Shown here in pieces: positions 49,868-61,990 of a stretch of 64,000 nucleotides of DNA (positions within the stretch are counted from its first letter, which is position 1; each line of letters opens with the position of its first letter). The position numbers and the translations under genes are program-made. The stretch lies in contig NMRA01000039.1 of assembly GCA_002633005.1 (NCBI GenBank), positions 972,335 through 1,036,334 of the forward strand, in the 5' to 3' direction. The notes beneath the pieces are model-generated. The model saw nothing but the letters and a program-made list of their open reading frames with translations. It ran no database searches and was not told the DNA's origin. Source of the stretch: Phoronis australis. Taxonomy: Eukaryota > Animalia > Phoronida.

Positions 49868-50164
49868 CGGAGTTTGTTTCATGAAAAGTGACTTAATTAA
49901 GACTTAAGTCAGAAATTAGGTCTCGCTCTCCACATAATTATGAACGAAAACTAATTAAATCTCACCTTAGTGAAAGTATAAAATCTCCTAGAGTATACTC
50001 ACCAATACTAGTTACTGAGACAATATGCATGAAATATTTCTAGGCTATGGTGTGTTAATAATTGCATGGCTAAACATTTATTCAGTCATTGGGAAGTTGG
50101 AGCACAAGACAAAATTTCTGATTTCAATGCAATGTTGAGTCACTTTCCATGAAATAGACCTCTG
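49868..50164. mobile_element. MITE of the GGGCCTGTTTCATGAAAAGTGACTT family (fragments at ~4581, ~12831 and ~40990)
   Basis: gtttcatgaaaagtgactt ... agtcactttccatgaaatagacc inverted termini. Confidence 0.55.
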
Positions 50165-50434
50165 GATGCTCATTTGGGAGAGCCTTATTCATTGCACTGT
50201 CAATGTGTCCTCTACTCCTCTCTAGGTCCTAAAAATGGATGGGAATGAATGAGAACGTAGGTTCCATAATGTGAAAGCAATTTCCAAGGTGGAAAATAGA
50301 AATTTTTGGTAGTGTCTAACAATAATACATCTGCATTATGTGTAAACTGATTGATGGTGCTTGCATTGTCACCTCCATCCATGTTAAGTACCAATAACTG
50401 TTCCAGCTAAGATCATCTAACTGATGTATGCCAA

Positions 50435-51324
50435 CTATTCTTGATGACTCGTTTGTATTAATGTCTGACCCAACCTTCCATAAAACGAGGATAGTGTAAA
50501 TAATGCTCTACCTAAATTCACTTCTGTATGGTAAAATCTCGCCAATTTCCGACAAAAATAAAACAAAACTGACATTTTTTCATATTTCTTGTTCAAAACG
50601 TCTGGTGATAGCCATGGTATAAAACTTGAACGTACAAGATCAGACATATCTTTCTTGGAAAAAAAATGATGAAATAATATTATCTAATTAGCCATGTTGT
50701 GTCCTAAATTGATGGGATTGTACTGTACAAAACACTCAAAAATGTTCTACTGAAAGTTTCTGATTGCTCTGCGATACTTAAGCCCCATGTTACATATTTG
50801 GAAAGTGGCCTAGTTTTACCTCTCTTGTACCCCAAACATAAGCCCAGGCCTGTAAAGGGAGTGTATGCCAGCCCCAGTGAGGACATGGAATGAGGACCAT
50901 TTGGTGTAGTTAAGAGAACACAAGAACTCAGATTTTGACTATTAATAATATTAGTACCAACTTGGCACTAAATCTTTGAAACAAATCGATCTGCACTTTT
51001 GACCTTTGGCATTCCGTAAAAGTTAGATTCGAGTTCCGACAACTCCTTACATAATATGCTACATAAATCATCAAGAGTGACTACTGCTTCAGGTAACCAT
51101 GCTTTCATTTACGTAGGTGACGGAATTGGTTTTTCATGTTTTATCACAAAAACGTTGTTTAGTATCTTTTCAAGATTATTTTGTAGATATGTCAAGAAAA
51201 CTTTTGAAATAAACGTATGTCCTGCTTCCTCTATAGCCTTGTTTGTTTTGGCACTCGCTGACATTCTTCATTTCGGAGAAAGCTTATGGTCATTTTTTAT
51301 TGTTTCTTCGAAAGTAGGAATTTT
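50435..51324 (-). pseudogene. Decayed coding sequence of unknown origin (TE, viral or retrocopy relic)
   Basis: One minus-strand frame at 51324-50704 has only 3 internal stops in ~207 codons, and continues after a probable frameshift into ORF 50647-50435. No family recognised. Confidence 0.4.
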
Positions 51325-52552
51325 TTAAAACTATACGCCCATTGCTCTATATTTAAGGGCCTATTTACAAGAACTGCAGGTGCCCAACTTGCTTTCCCCG
51401 TTTCTCCATTGTCTGCACTCTGTGGATTCATTCACCTGGCACTCACTGTCCCAACTTAATTAGTACTCTCTGGAGCTAGTACAGATTGAGCTGATGGTGT
51501 CGATATTGGACCTCATTCCTCGATGTTAATAGGCAGGTTGCCATTGCTGCTGCCCTACGGTCCTTCTTTCCGTGTTAGAGAAAGACAAAGTGTGCTCACT
51601 TAAGAGTTTCGTACTGTTTTTGAACTAAACAAATCTGTAGAGCGGATCCTTGCTCTTTCTTATGGTTGACATTTTTGGCAAACGCTGTGCCGCTTATGTG
51701 GCTGACTTGCATTCCATGTATGGAATTTAAGGTTTCTTAGGAAAGAACTGACACAAAGATGTTTATTTTTAAATGTACATTATTTGGGAGGTGTGACTCC
51801 AAAACTTTCGGTGTGGTTTTCAGAAAGCTTGTCAAAAGCACGTTTCTTGAAATACAATTATCGGTTCGTGCCATGCAAATTCGAATATTTGCCCTGCATT
51901 GTCTGTGTTTTCTTGCCTTAGCAATCTCTCTGGCTGCTAGTTATGTTAAAGTACTGGGCACAACTCTGCCTTGGGGTGTAGTGGATTTCCAGCTATTGAC
52001 CAGGCACACAAATTAACTGAAGTGGCCTCAAGTGTTGTTTATTCTCTTCCCATTGTCAGTCACTTGTTTGGTTTGCAAATGGTTAACTGCCTGCCTCTGG
52101 CAGATGCTGTTTTATGTCTGTGCAGTCTGGGTGAATCTAGTGACACACTTTGTGTCTCTACTAGATTTGCACCAGTGGTGTAAATGCTATCAGTTTCTCT
52201 TGAGATGACGCTAGCGTTTTGGCCAGACGAATGGGCTGGCCATGATGGGACCATTTTTGCTTGCAGTAAGTTTGTTTCTTCACCACTCAAATCGTTTTCA
52301 CGTGAAAGCGGATGCCAAAACATGTTCACCTTGCGATGATAAACGTAGGTTTCTTTCCCCTTCTCTCGTATATTTTTTGATGTAAGTAATATGGCTACAA
52401 AAAGGCAAGCGAAAACACCAGTCGTTTTGGGGTAACTTTTACCGTCAGCAAAAATGTCACATGGTTGGCATTTTTGCTACTTGAAGTGAATATGTTTGTG
52501 AAAACGCAAGCGATTTAGCCAGTTGTGAACGGGGTATTGTAGAGGATCAGGT

Positions 52553-52786
52553 CAGAGGCAGATCTACGGGAGGGGTTCAGGGGGTTCAACCCCCCCTCGG
52601 GACAAGATCAAAAATAAATATTAAAAAAATGTCACCAGAAAAACGAAATCAGCTACTAAAAAGAAAAAAAATCTTACACGGGAGGAGGGAAACACCCTCC
52701 CGACCTTCCCTTCGCTCGGGGGCTACAAGCCTCGGATTCGCACGAATCCTAAACCCCCCCTTACCGAAAACGTAGATCTGCCACTG
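52553..52786. mobile_element. hAT-like MITE
   Basis: TIR CAGAGGCAGATCTACG / CGTAGATCTGCCACTG (15/16), with subterminal G and C runs. Confidence 0.75.
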
Positions 52787-55297
52787 CAGCCTACTGAATT
52801 TGTCATGGGACTAGGCCTTTTCATAGCAACCTACCTGGTAGTACCAGAGGAGCGTTGATGTAAACTGAGGTTATTTTCACTTTTCACGGCTAATCAATGC
52901 AGCAGTTATCACAGTCTGATGCATGATACATCAAAGTTTTTAAAAAATGGTGAAATTTGAAATGTTGTATTCATGGTCAAATAAGTAAATGAAGTGAAGG
53001 ATTTAAAGCAGTAGATTGCTAAATATTTACAAAATATTGTTATCAAATAATATGTCCAATGACACCAAACAAAGTTCAGCGTTCATGCGGCATCGAAGCA
53101 CCGACGCTCCGTTGTTACTGCGAAGTTAATCGATCTAGGACAACACTGCCCATAGGCTTGGAAGGTCCTTATATAGTGTTTGCATATCTTAGGTTTCACC
53201 TCAGCGGCATTATTCAAGTATAAACGAGTAAAGATTTATGACAAATTTTAACAAAAATCCATCTATATTTTTCGGCTGGCTAGATACAACCGTTTTCTTG
53301 ATTGAAATTGAAAAATGAACCGAACATGAGAATTGCATTAAAGTTTGGATAATCAGTGCAGCAATGTTACTGATGTTTGTATTATGACTGGAGTCATTTA
53401 GGCCTTTGTTTCTCACTTCAGCTGATAAACAGTAAAGGGCACTACCATGTCTGATTAATGATGATCAATTTTCATCAATCAAATTAGCATCTCCCAGGCA
53501 ATTAGTGTCTCATTTCGTCTGGTAAACCAGTTTTTCACAGATATGTTTAATATTTGACTGGTAACATTCTTATTTACAAACGAGTTGGATTCTAATTGAA
53601 ACCAATTCAGGAAATGTAAACTTTGGGTAAAACTTCAAATTTTATTCTAGAGAATTGTGAAATAAAATGCTAGGGAAAGATGCAAGTGCCTTCTGAGAGG
53701 GAAGTTTTTTGGTTGAATGGAAAATTCCCCGTTGCCACCACCGAACTCCCCTCAAACAGTTGCTATGCCTTGTTGGCAAAGCCTGCACTAGCTAAATCTA
53801 ATGTTTTCCAGCATTGATGCTAACCACAAAGGGAGTTGTGTGATCATTGAAGGGGAATTTTTGGGCCATAGAGGAATGGGGCCAGTACTTGGCCTCAAAA
53901 TGGAGGCATCGAGGCCCTGAATGCCAAGGCAAGCAGTGCTTACTGTAGTTAATAGGATAATAGGTACTTAAATTAAAAGGATACCAATCGAAGTTATCGC
54001 CAGGTGCCACTGTTATCGTCAACAGTTACAGAGTAGTGCCGTCAATAATAACTACTTATTTTTTGCTTTAATGATAACCAATCGATTTAAAAATGAGTTT
54101 AATATCATTTAACACATTTAAATGTTCCAAATTGTCACATTGAAAAAACTCTTAGCGTGCAGCGCTACCTTGCGACAACTTCGATGACGTCAGCGTCACC
54201 AACCCTTTACTTCAATGGTTAGTAACTACCAAAGCCAGTATAAATGGTCCAGTTAACTGCGCTGTTTACGTCGACGCTCCGCTCAGACCGGAGTTAAGTC
54301 AATATGAAAGGGCCTTATGACTTACCTAGATCTTACTTTGTAAAATGACATAAATCCTCTGTACCCCTCGTCATCCCTTATAAGTTTTTGGGAACTTACA
54401 AGGTTTGCTAAACTACTAAGTGTGACTAACCCTTCAAGTAGTTGCAGAATACAGCTTGTATCACTTGAGTGATACATCTGAAGTATTGTGCATCAGTCGT
54501 TTGTACCGTACCTAAAATGTAGATTCGTATGGAAATATCGTACGCTAGTACGCAAGACCAGGCAACAATATGCTAATACGAAACGGATTACTTACAGACT
54601 CTTTCACTCACTTTGTGATCAGCTAATAGTGGAAATGAAAGTAAAACAACATTATCACACGAATCGCAGGGCCTGTTCTGTCGATATTCATCATCACCAG
54701 CCTAAACTATAAAGAAACGACTTCTGTGATTGGTGGATTGTTGCCTTCATTCGATTCCAACAATCTCCAGCTAAACACTAGCATTGTTACAATGACAAAG
54801 CATGAGATTCTACCGTACATAATCCAACCTACGAAGAAAGTAGCCTCATCTTGCCTAGTAGATTGTGTTGAACACACTTTCCTTGCAAAGAAAACTAATG
54901 GGTGTCCACAGTGTGTTCCCTCACACTGCATAGTTGTCATCTTGTGAAGGAAAGGGGTATTGCTCATATCTTGGTAATTGTCACATTTGACTCAGTGGGC
55001 AATATGTCAATCGTCGTGGTAACGCATAAGTCATCCCTTCATGTCAAGAGCCTTGTTCATATTAGTTGGAGTAATTAACAATATCTCTAGTGACGTGTAA
55101 CTGTGATGAATAAACAGCCATTGATTTATTGTGGATCTTTTCAAGGGCTGGCTATCTTTATAAACTAAGTTGCTGGCAAAACTGAAGCATGATCTTGGTG
55201 AGAAAGCCTCTTAAGGTCCCATTGTATCACCGTTAAAAGTATTAAATATATGACGCATTACACGAAGCTAGTTACTTTTGTTCGGCAGTGAGCTTAA

Positions 55298-56850
55298 AGG
55301 AGAATGCCACCCGATTTAATTAGACTTTTTTGCCATCTTAATCGGTCTATATCCACATCGCCTCGCACACGGTCGATCTTACCTTGCCAAGAGGTGTCGC
55401 GTTAATCTGTGAGGAAGGTGAGAAACGACGCTAGTGACGTCAGTGGTTCATATGCAGAGTGAATGCCGCTATGTTGCGGTGCATCGTTCCCGCTTGTCCG
55501 AACTAAGCAGCTGCGAGGAAAGCGGTTATATCGTTTTTTTTTACTTCCTCGAGAATCTGAAATGCTTAGGAAGTGGCTCATGGTAGTGAAGAATGAAATG
55601 TACGCTGTTAATAGCAAGTATGAGGCCGTGAAACATCTCCGTGTCTGTGGCTTGCAGATATCGACAGTGCCTGACGAATGCCGGCTTACCAAATAACTCC
55701 ATACGTTCCGTTGTCTGAGCTTGTTCACGGCGCCTCTAGTATTTCTTCATCACTGTATTCCTGTTCAAATTGATATCCTGTAAAACTTAACGATCCACCT
55801 GCGAAGTCGGGACTGATGAGCTCTAGCTCGTCCTAAGTCGCGATTGCGAGTTGCCATGTTGGCGTTTATTACTGAGCGTTCTGTTTCAAAATGAATTATT
55901 CTCACCCTAACCAATACTTATATATAACTGAAACAAAGTCTGTCTCATTAGATGCAGTTTGTAATGCTTTTGGAGTGTTCGTGAGTGCAAATGATTTGAG
56001 AAGCCAGCAATGAATAAATCACTGTGTTACCGTCTTTAGGTGCAATAAAACTAATTGACGAGACACCGAGGCCGGTGTGAGCTCATGCTAATTTAGTGTT
56101 TGCTGGCAGAAACTGTTGTGAAACAACTCGATTTCCATCCCATGGCCAGGTGATAGGGGAATCTTTATTTACATTTACATTACTCAAATAATGATTGTCA
56201 ATGTACAACTTCTGCCCTGACGGTGCTGTGGCCAAAGTGGATCCTGAATTCGCGCGGCCCCCGACGAGTAAGTAGATTTGCAATTTTGTGGCTAATTCAC
56301 CAACATAATGGCGTGCACATTACTTTGGCTCACTATAGTATAGTATTTTCTTGACTGGAACTGGAAGTTTAGTTTCCACTGAACTTTGGCTGGTTTATGT
56401 TCGTGATGTCTGATCAGTTTCCGAGCCACTGGCCGGAAAATCGCGGAGTCAATCCGGCCGGCCGCGACGGGCCTGATCGGGCTCCGAGCCACTGGCCAGG
56501 ATAACAAGCATTTTGTATTTAGAACTCAAAAGATCACAAGTCTAAACAACACAGATCTAGGTTCTCCTGTCTGTATCTCACGGAAAATACTTCGAAATTA
56601 TCTCCGAACAGGCCCCAAACTCCTGCTACTGACCTTATTGGCCTGCCGCACTTTGTAGGCTACGATGTGTCCAAATACTAATAAATCCGTAAGAGCGAAA
56701 TAAAACAACACGTTTTTATAAGAACTCTGTGTATTTTTAAGGGTTTTACATCGAAGTTTGATGATTATTGGTGTTAAATGATGACTTCAAGCGATAAGCT
56801 GACACCAGTAACCCGTGTTGTCAACTGGTGAACATACTCCGTGGCTGACG
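55298..56850 (+). mobile_element. Kolobok-type transposon relic, copy 1 (frameshifted THAP; right end missing)
   Basis: TTAA|AGGAGAATGCCACCC left end; colinear with 59102-60660; THAP remnants LPRESEMLRKWL and RVCG. Confidence 0.75.
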
Positions 56851-59101
56851 TGAAATTTTGTTTTCTAATATTTTTTCCGTGAAAGATATGTAGCCCCGAA
56901 TTATTGGTTTCCATGTTCAAGTTCTGTACCGTAGCTACGGTTAGAGAATATTTTGAAAATTTGAATATTCACATCAACTCTATAAGTCCTTAAATAATTA
57001 GGAAACGGCGATTTTAGCAATTGTTTTTGTGTGAAAGTTGTGAAATTTTACTTTTCTGTGAAACTTGCTCACTGTTGTCTATCACCACCTAACACCATAG
57101 TGAGATAAGTTCTTGTGTTGAATGATAACCCATCTTGACCATATCTGTTTGAAGCTTTCATAATACTATTAAGACATGCATCTCAAAGAAGACTCTTGAC
57201 TTTCATGATGATATTGTTGCCATGGAAGCAAGATTTGAATGAGTTTTGAAGGGTCATCATAGACTGTGTGATGGACAATCAGGTTTGTGGTATTAGTCAG
57301 TTCCAGTACACAAATCTTGATGAGAATCCAGAAGTTTTAATGGTGCGAGCTGTTAGGCGGTGGTGCAGCGAATGGATACGGTAGCCAAATTTTAGAAGTA
57401 GGCAAGACTCATCCGAAAGAGGACACAATTACCCCCTCTGTAGGTTGAAAACACGTTGTATTAAATTTGAGAATTATGGTGAATGCCAAAATTGGCCTTG
57501 TCCCAAATTCTAGAAAATTCATTTTTTGCGGGAGTTTCCATGTCTCGAATTCTGAAGACTGTCCTGAATTGGAGAATTTTTACTGTGGCTTCATAGAAAG
57601 TGCATTCGCAATGTGCCGTTCAGATGGTTGGATTTTTTGCTACCAAAATTCCCTACAGAATTTGGTCTTTTCCAGTTGTGTTCTTTCAAGACTGCGTATT
57701 CTCTGATGCAATTTCCTGCACAAGGGAACACCAGTTATTAAAACGAATTGGTGATGTCTCTATGAAAGAGTGACATTTTCATAGAAGGGCACCACAAACA
57801 GGTCTCTTTTTCGTGCCCACTTTGTGTGACTATCCTCAATCTTTAGCTGCGTGACTTTGTCAGATAAGTTTCACCCTGCAGTGTGGCACTATTGTTAGCA
57901 ACTGTTCGTTGGGAATTAAAGTTTTATAGTCAAAAAAATACCAAAAAGTTTCTCTGATATAAGACAAAATATGAAATAGGTGAAACTTTATTTTCTCATT
58001 TTTTCGATGTAGTGCCAGGCAACATTTTGTGAGTACTCGCATCATTGCCCATCGACAATTTTAGGTAAATATTTTTGTTCAAAATTTTTGAGATTTTAGC
58101 TCGCTAGAGAGTTTCTTCAATACATTAAACACGAATGTGCAATTCACCAGAGGTCACAGGTTCATGCCCACATATACATTACGTTCCATTAGAGAGCTTC
58201 GGCTACACGTTAACGGGAACGTGACTGGAGAAGGGGTACGCAGTTATAGCCACAACCAGAGTGACACTGTGGTGACAATCACTGATCAGGAGTGGCGGCA
58301 TACGAAATATCAACAGCAGGAGAGACGCGGTACATGTAGCAAAAAGACGGACAAATTGGCAGCAGGAAGGATGACAGCGTGGCATGATAGCGGATGGCAA
58401 GGGTAACAACTGGTTAATAGAAGATTTTATGGGCCCCAGATTGATTCCTGATTTCAGAAGCAGTTACTTCCATTGAACAACACCTGTGATTCTGAAATTA
58501 GGGACCTATAATGCTGACTATTACTAGCAACTGGCTGGTGATGACTGCATGCGTGAAATTGTGATGGCAGCCGGGGGGGAGGGGGTAAAAATACGACCGT
58601 GGTGACGTCATATTGTACTTCTAGTGAAAACAATCAACATCCCAGTGATAAAAATTCTAAGCCGCCAATTTTTCTGATACCAATATTGCTTTTGGGCAAT
58701 TATGCGCCAAGAAGAAATGTTTGTGTTTAATTCATAAACTCTCAATTATTACTGTTTGCTTTGAATATTTATAAACCAAGCATTCCTCTCATTTGCTTTC
58801 ATGCAATACTACCCATAAATCAGGAACTTGAGGAGAGCCTGGGAACAAAGGTCACATTCCCTACAATCAAGCAAGATACATGCACTAAGCTACACCATCT
58901 CTTGGATAGCATCTTCCTAAAAACATTAAAAAGTTACGTACATCTTTTACAATAAATTAGTAATTGAAATTAACATGTTGCATTTAGGTGAGATCAGTGG
59001 TATTCGCGTTGTTTTCACCCATGTGACAAGACCACACACGTTTGTGTTTAACGTGTATCCAAAACTCTGTTGTTTAGTAGTGAAGTCCTCTGAAACATTA
59101 A

Positions 59102-60819
59102 AGGAGAATGCCACCCGATTTAATTAGTCTTTTTTACCGTCTTAATCGGTCTATATATACATCGCCTCTTATACGGTCGACCTCACCTTGCCGAGAGGTG
59201 TCGCGATAACCTGTGAGGAAGGTGAGAAACGATGCAGCGACGTCAGTGGTTCGTCTGCAGAGTGAATGCCGCTATATCGCGGTGCATTGGTTCCCGCTTG
59301 TTCGAACTATGAAGCTGCGAAGGAAGCGGGTATATCGTTTTTCCGACTTCCTCGAGAGCCCGAAATGCTTAGGAAGTGGCTCATGGTGGTGAGGAATGAA
59401 AGGTACGCTGTTAATAGCAAGTATGAGGTCGTGAAATATTTTCGTGTCTGTGGCTGGCATTTTGTCGACGGTGATTTCTTTGACGAATTCCGGCTTAACA
59501 AAGAACTATCCATACGTTCCGTTGCCTATGCTTGTTCACGGCGCCTCTCTAGTATTTCTTGATCAGTGTATTCCGGTTCGAATTGATATCTGTGAAACCT
59601 ACCGATCCAATCCGTGAAGTCTTCGTCGGATGAGCTCTTGACTAACTAAGTTGGGATTGGCACCGGGCGAGTTGCCATGCACGACGTTTATTATTCTGCG
59701 TTCTGTGTCAAAATGAATTATTCTCTCATCCGAGTCCTAACCATTGCTTATGTAAAACTGAAACAAAGTCTGTTTCATTAGATAGAATTTGTAATGCCTT
59801 TGCAGTATTTGTGAGTGCAAATGTTGAGAAGCCAGTAATGAATAAACCACTGCGTTAATTACCGGGCTTTGATGCCAGCAATGACCGGACACCGAGGCCG
59901 TGTGAGCACATGCTAATTCAGTGTTTGCTGACAGAAAGCTTTTGTGAAACAATTACTCAATTTTATATCTATGGTCACATGTTAGGGGAATCCTTATTCA
60001 GAAATACAAACACATTATTCAAATCATTGTTACTGTACCACCTTTGCCCTGACGGTATGTGGAAGGGGAACCCGACTTTGCGGCAACCGACAATTAGTAA
60101 GTAGGCCTAGATTTTCAGTTTCGTGGCTAATTCCCATTATTTCTTTGGCTCACTATTATAGTCTTTTTATGACTTTCGGTTTAGTTTCCAACTCAAGTTG
60201 GTTTAGGTTCGTGCCAGTCCCAGCGGCCGCGACGGGCCTGATCGGGTTCTGAGCCACTGGCTTGGATAATGAGTCAGTCCGGCCGCGACGGGCCTGATCG
60301 AGTTCTGAGCCCTGATTGGAATAACAAGCGTTTTGTGTGTTTAGAACTCAAAAAGTCATAAGTCTAAACAACACAGTTCTAGGTTCTCCTTTCTGTATTT
60401 CACGGAAGAATACTTCGAATTTATCTCTGAACAGACCCCAAACTCCTGCTATGGACTTGGTAAGTTGGCCTGCCGTACTCTGTGGCCGGACTACGGTGTG
60501 TCCAAATAAAAATAAATCCGTAACAGCGAAATAAAACAACACGTTTTTATAAGAACTCGGTGTATTTTTAAGGGTTTTACATCGAAGTTCGATTATTTAT
60601 TGGTGTTAAACGATGAATTCAAGCGATAACCTGACACCAGTAACCCGTGTTGTGAACTGCTGTGCAGACTGCGTGTGAAACCAATTACGTCATTGGATAA
60701 TTTCAACACCTCCGTCTGCCGTCAGGTGTCAGGTAACGCAGCCAAACGTGCCGTTATCGAGTAGAATTACTCGATCTAAATTGATATAAAATGGGTTGTT
60801 TTTTGGGTGGCATACTCCT
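59102..60819 (+). mobile_element. Non-autonomous Kolobok-type DNA transposon carrying a THAP domain, copy 2
   Basis: TTAA TSD on both sides; TIR AGGAGAATGCCACCC / GGGTGGCATACTCCT (14/15). AG...CT termini with TTAA and THAP are Kolobok hallmarks. Confidence 0.85.
59266..59562 (+). pseudogene. Truncated THAP zinc-finger ORF of the Kolobok element
   Basis: VPACSN...ISFFRLP...RKWL...RVCGWHF is the THAP C2CH signature, with the first Cys lost (TGC in copy 1, CGC here). Confidence 0.8.
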
Positions 60820-61039
60820 TTAAGCTCATGTCTCCTGTTTGCAGATTAGTCCTGTCCATAAAATAAAAAAGGACGTCCCGGATTACGACGGTGATAGAAC
60901 TCTCCTTTGTCTTGGCGATAAGAAAGCGCGTGACCTAGTTTTAGAAATCAGGCACATTTTCATGTCTTTCATTGATGTCGGGAAGGCGAAGAATTTCAGA
61001 TCACGGATCCACGGGTATTTGTCCAGTTTATCAAGCCAT

Positions 61040-61990
61040 TTTTACTATGTTCCAGTCTGTTTTTTGGTTTCCGCCCCTCTAACAACCAAGCCACTCTAAG
61101 GATGATTGTGACAATTGGCATGTTTGTTCGTACTGTGATGAAGACAGTTGACGATGATTTTCCGACGACTTCGACTAATTTGGCGCCTCCTAGTGGTAGT
61201 TTTGTTTGTTTTTGCGCCCATGGCTCTATCTCCTAAACGTTATACAGGATCTTCATTAAATTTAGCAAATGTATTTATATGAAGTTGACAACGGACAACG
61301 ACAATTTTTATACAAATTGGTGCACCGGTGTGCCCCCTAGTGGCAATTTTGTTTTTTACGTTTACCTCTGTATCTTCAAAGGATGAAATTTGACACATAG
61401 ACATATAGTAGTGAGATGACGCTATCCTTCCGTTTTCGGATGGATTCAACCTAGTTTGTGCCACCTAGTGGTCATTTTTGTTGGTTTCCAGTCTGTTTTT
61501 TGGCGTCTGTCCCTCTGTCAACCAAACCACTCTAAGGATGATTGTGAAAGTTGGCATGTATGTTCTTTCTATGAAGGAGACAGTTGACGATGATTTTCCG
61601 ATGACTTCAAATACTGTGGCGCCTCCTAGTGGCATTTTTTGCATCCATACCTGTATCTCCTAAGCCCTCTGCAGAATCTTTATTAAATTTATCACATGTA
61701 TTTATATGAAGTTAACAAGAGAAGACGAGACTTTTTTACGGATCCGAACAACACTCTGCCCCCTAGTGGCAATTTCATTTTTTTTCGTTTTCCTCTGTTT
61801 CTATGAAGTTAATCCACGAATTTTAATGAAATTTGGTAAGTGGCTTTCTTTTAAAGAAACAATGACATTTTCTGGTTTTCAGACGGATTTGATGTATTTT
61901 ACGCCATCTAGTGGCCATTTTGTGATGCACAACCCTAAAGGCACACCATTTGCGATGCATTCGTGGGCGCATTTCAACGCTCCGCGTTGC
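61040..61990. repeat. Internally repetitive element: six ~143-bp subunits (3-mer duplicated), each with a CTCF-like motif
   Basis: (G)YGCCNYCTAGTGG at 61183, 61330, 61458, 61619, 61756 and 61901; subunits 1/4, 2/5 and 3/6 are pairwise most similar. Confidence 0.75.

Noticed and set aside
55812-55835. CTGATGAG as a hammerhead ribozyme core
   Set aside because: No GAAA after the putative stem II, and it is not preserved in Kolobok copy 2.
58137-58409. Purine-rich exon-like ORF
   Set aside because: No similarity to alpha-catulin or any family I recognise; weak splice context.
60839-61099. ORF with a good acceptor (tttgcag|ISPVHK...SFIDVGKA) as alpha-catulin exon 2
   Set aside because: Only superficial resemblance. 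It lacks the conserved ITTL.N and VGQAVNLAV.RFV spacing and runs into a repeat element.
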